A stretch of 64,000 nucleotides of DNA, from positions 841,816-905,815 of the forward strand of contig JADJOM010000001.1 of the NCBI GenBank assembly GCA_016713785.1, read 5' to 3'. Shown in pieces: positions 62,701 through 64,000 of the stretch. The notes beneath the pieces are model-generated. The model did no database searches. It worked only from the letters and a program-made list of their open reading frames with translations, and was not told where the DNA came from. The position numbers and the translations under genes were made by a program. Each line of letters starts with the position of its first letter. Positions within the stretch are counted from its first letter, which is position 1. The DNA is from Gemmatimonadota bacterium. GTDB lineage: Bacteria; Gemmatimonadota; Gemmatimonadetes; Gemmatimonadales; GWC2-71-9.

Positions 62701-63471
62701 CATGACGACGACCACCTGCACGGCTGGGGGCAGTTCTCGCGGCCCGACCCGACCCTGCTCACGGTCCGCGGCTTCGACGCCGCCACCCAGCAGTTCGTCT
62801 ACGACGTGAACGAGCGCTTCGGCGACATCCGCGGCACCCAGACCTTCCGGCAGCCCTTCCAGGTCGGGCTGCAGCTGCGGCTGGCGCTCGGTGGCAGCTC
62901 GCTGTTCGGCGGGGGGCCGGGTGGCTTCGGGGGGCCCGGTGGCCCGGGCGGTCCCGGCGGTCCCGGCGGCCCAGGCGGCTTCGGTGGCCCGCCGCCGGGC
63001 GGGTTCGGCGGCCCGCCGGCCGGTGGCCCCCCGCCCGAGGCCGCGGCTGGGGCGGCGGGCGCGGGGGCCGCGCCGGCGGCGCAGCCGACCTTCGCGAGCC
63101 GGATCACCCAGGCACTCCGTGACCCGGTCGAGCCGATCATCGCGCTCAACATCGCGCTCCGGCTCACCGACGACCAGCTGGCCAGGCTGCAGGGGCTGAG
63201 CACGGAGTTCGCGGCCCGTCGCGACACGCTTGGCACCGACATCCAGAAGGAGATCGAAGGGATGGGGCGCGACCCGGACCGGGCGGTGCTCTTCTCGATG
63301 ATCCGCAGCCGGATGGAGCACGGGCGGGAGATGTCGCAGGGGATCCTCGACCGCGCCAAGGCGGTGCTGACGGCCGAGCAGTGGGCCCAGCTGCCCGAAG
63401 AGGCCAAGGTCCTGCCCCGCTTCGGCGGGCCCGGGGGCCCAGGGGGGCCGGGCGGTCGGCCGCCGCAGTAG
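59719..63471 (+). CDS. CarboxypepD_reg-domain TonB-dependent-receptor-like giant OM barrel with C-terminal Gly/Pro linker and LTXXQ (Spy-like) domain
   Basis: ATG 59719 (MRRLGILLFCLLPLFAGRVAPVAAQ). GTVTDTSGTPLTGATIEAVSLETG...GRYRILFP (carboxypeptidase-regulatory-like). Plug-like SFSVAGQRSSANSTTLDGLTF. ~900-aa barrel ending ...LRLALGGSSLF (F1063). Then [43 protein letters not shown], then a helical domain with LRLTDDQLARL and VLTAEQWAQL, ending [15 protein letters not shown]. Confidence 0.85.
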   Translation: MRRLGILLFCLLPLFAGRVAPVAAQVGVTTDILTGTVTDTSGTPLTGATIEAVSLETGHTRSASTDGRGRYRILFPDGGGRYQLFVKQIGHAPARRQLERAGDDDRLFADFRLVPQAVALEELVVSGRRQNFNDPRPTPGSTETVQSPDRLARLPLDAGDLNAIAALAAGVVSISGTDSTAASFSVAGQRSSANSTTLDGLTFGASSIPQDAVRSTRVVTNTYDVSRGQFSGGLIASTTRSGTRIFQGTVNGSLRDPALAVIPDSVTNQPQAQQQLSFGVGGPLITNRLFGFGAGQVRHRGNDLITLLTLADGGAERYGVAQDSLDRYTTILGGLNVPFTTGAVPDDRSGTDWSGIGRLDLLLGERHTLTFRGDWRQSSDAPARLAPLAPPASGGRTSSRSGGGMLQLSSRFGQSLLNEAKVYLSGSRNRGAPYLQLPAGRVQLSSALDDGTLSTSSLSFGGNPGFPQRGHSSAFEATNELSWLSGEASHRVKLGLFYTTARTTQEVASNQLGTFTFETLADLEAGRPSLFTRTLGADQRTGRSATAAAYLGDTWRLNQAWQLTFGVRGEHSWFGDAPAYNATVDSLFGLRTDRLPRETHLSPRLGFTWTPPSTDGPPGWIVRGGFGEFRSPVPAQLAVAAQAASGTSNGQTQLVCAGAAAPIPDWTAMAADPAAIPTACVGGLPGGPRDDLPSITAFAPGFTAPRVWRGSFGVQRRAGLLTYGVDLSAGVGVSQQGFRDRNIGASQFALAGEGGRQVFVPASAFDTASGVTTLTASRLDPGFGQVFAAVSDLTTRSVQAVFSFGGIIGKGVTLSGSYTLAHTTDESSSGDFGGGRGFASQTAGRQLYASGRSVSDFDRRHSIVTTLTVPVARGFEITAIGRASSGTPYTPGAAGDLNGDGSRNDRAFIFDPATTADPALAAAMDRLLAAAPAGARDCLRRQLGSIADRNSCRGPWQPSFDLQLNWKPSMLGLDQRLTISLLTSNLLAGMDQLFHDDDHLHGWGQFSRPDPTLLTVRGFDAATQQFVYDVNERFGDIRGTQTFRQPFQVGLQLRLALGGSSLFGGGPGGFGGPGGPGGPGGPGGPGGFGGPPPGGFGGPPAGGPPPEAAAGAAGAGAAPAAQPTFASRITQALRDPVEPIIALNIALRLTDDQLARLQGLSTEFAARRDTLGTDIQKEIEGMGRDPDRAVLFSMIRSRMEHGREMSQGILDRAKAVLTAEQWAQLPEEAKVLPRFGGPGGPGGPGGRPPQ
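62908..63036 (+). repeat. in-frame GGN-CCN microsatellite-like low-complexity tract encoding the (G-G-P/F)n linker
   Basis: Read directly: ggcggggggccgggtggcttcggggggcccggtggcccgggcggtcccggcggtcccggcggcccaggcggcttcggtggc... A shorter copy lies at 63424-63468. Confidence 0.8.
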
Positions 63472-63472
63472 G

Positions 63473-63997
63473 TCAGGCCGGCGTCGGATCCTCCAGCGAC
63501 CGCCAGAGATACCAGGCGGCGCTGGTGCGGTAGGGGCGGAAGCGCTCGCCCAGGCGTTCCAGCCGCGAGCGCGCCCGGACGCGATACAGCCGCTCCGCGG
63601 CGCGCTGGATGCCGCCGTCCCCGACCGGCCAGACGTCCGGCCGCTCAAGCGAGAAGATCAGGAACATCTCGGCGGTCCACACCCCGACGCCCTTCACCTG
63701 CACCAGTCGCTCGATCACCGCCGCATCGGACAGGCGGCCGAGTCCGCGCAGGCCACCCGCCTCGGCGAACCGCGCCAGCTCGCGCACATACGACGCCTTC
63801 GCCCGGGAGAGGCCGGCGCGCCGCAGCCGCCGCAAGTCGGCGCTGGCCAGGGCCGCCGGACGGATCGGGACCAGCTCCGCCAGCCGGGCCAGGATGCTCG
63901 CCGCCGCCTTGCCGGAGATCTGCTGCGACACGATGGCGTCGACCAGGGCCGGGAAGGGAGGCTGGGGCGTGATCGCCGGCGGGCGGTGCCGGGCCAC
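63473..63997 (-). CDS. HhH-GPD DNA glycosylase, AlkA (3-methyladenine glycosylase II)-like; 5' end probably beyond the window
   Basis: LVDAIVSQQISGKAAASI, HhH LVQVKGVGVWTAEMFLIF, catalytic-Asp region DVWPVGDGGIQRA. The ORF is open to within 3 nt of the window end. Confidence 0.8.
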   Translation of the reverse strand: MARHRPPAITPQPPFPALVDAIVSQQISGKAAASILARLAELVPIRPAALASADLRRLRRAGLSRAKASYVRELARFAEAGGLRGLGRLSDAAVIERLVQVKGVGVWTAEMFLIFSLERPDVWPVGDGGIQRAAERLYRVRARSRLERLGERFRPYRTSAAWYLWRSLEDPTPA

Positions 63998-64000
63998 CAG

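Noticed and set aside
62891-63060. Short periodic GGN-CCN DNA repeat that could be mistaken for a tandem-repeat locus or CRISPR-like array
   Set aside because: The period is 3-9 nt and there are no spacers. It is in frame within a continuous ORF, where it encodes a Gly/Pro linker. It is coding low complexity, not an array.
1-64000. Scan for tRNA/rRNA genes, CRISPR arrays, IS elements, integrases, phage or toxin-antitoxin genes, and for an obvious low-GC horizontally acquired island
   Set aside because: All intergenic gaps are short (at most ~260 nt) and contain no cloverleaf-like or repeat-spacer structure. No recombinase or transposase motifs appear in any frame. Composition looks uniformly GC-rich apart from short promoter-like stretches.

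Overview
High-GC, very gene-dense bacterial chromosomal segment. I call about 65 protein-coding genes on both strands, many joined by 1-4 nt stop/start overlaps (ATGA, GTGA, TGATG). I found no rRNA, tRNA, CRISPR array, integrase, transposase or prophage signature. The repertoire (CarboxypepD_reg-type TonB-dependent barrels, a CBM9/DUF5916-like barrel, a split MacAB-TolC pump, many ECF sigma factors) resembles Gemmatimonadota/Acidobacteriota-type core chromosome; that lineage call is inference only. The dominant theme is cell-envelope sensing and transport: four ECF sigma/anti-sigma sets, one OmpR/histidine-kinase pair, one sigma-54 activator with a degenerate receiver, three large outer-membrane (OM) barrels, FadL, TolC and two small OmpW-like barrels. 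Housekeeping genes include PolX, endonuclease III, an AlkA-like glycosylase, FabH, cyclophilin, YggX, TspO, a tryptophanase-family lyase, M28/M42 peptidases, an aminotransferase and a cardiolipin-synthase-like PLD. Candidate novel systems: (1) a secreted VIT-vWA protein in a likely operon with an ECF sigma factor, two paralogous anti-sigma factors and two paralogous small OM barrels (19801-25842). (2) Four LTXXQ/Spy-like periplasmic modules within 18 kb. Two sit in sigma/anti-sigma/LTXXQ triads, and one of those triads heads a 7-gene MacAB-TolC operon. One copy is frameshifted. One is fused through a (Gly-Gly-Pro)n linker to the C-terminus of a 1250-aa TonB-dependent-receptor-like barrel. (3) A sigma-54 activator with a pseudo-receiver, coupled to a lipoprotein and a TPR protein. 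All family assignments come from motif recognition by eye, not from searches. The many very long opposite-strand ORFs in the track are high-GC shadow ORFs and were rejected.
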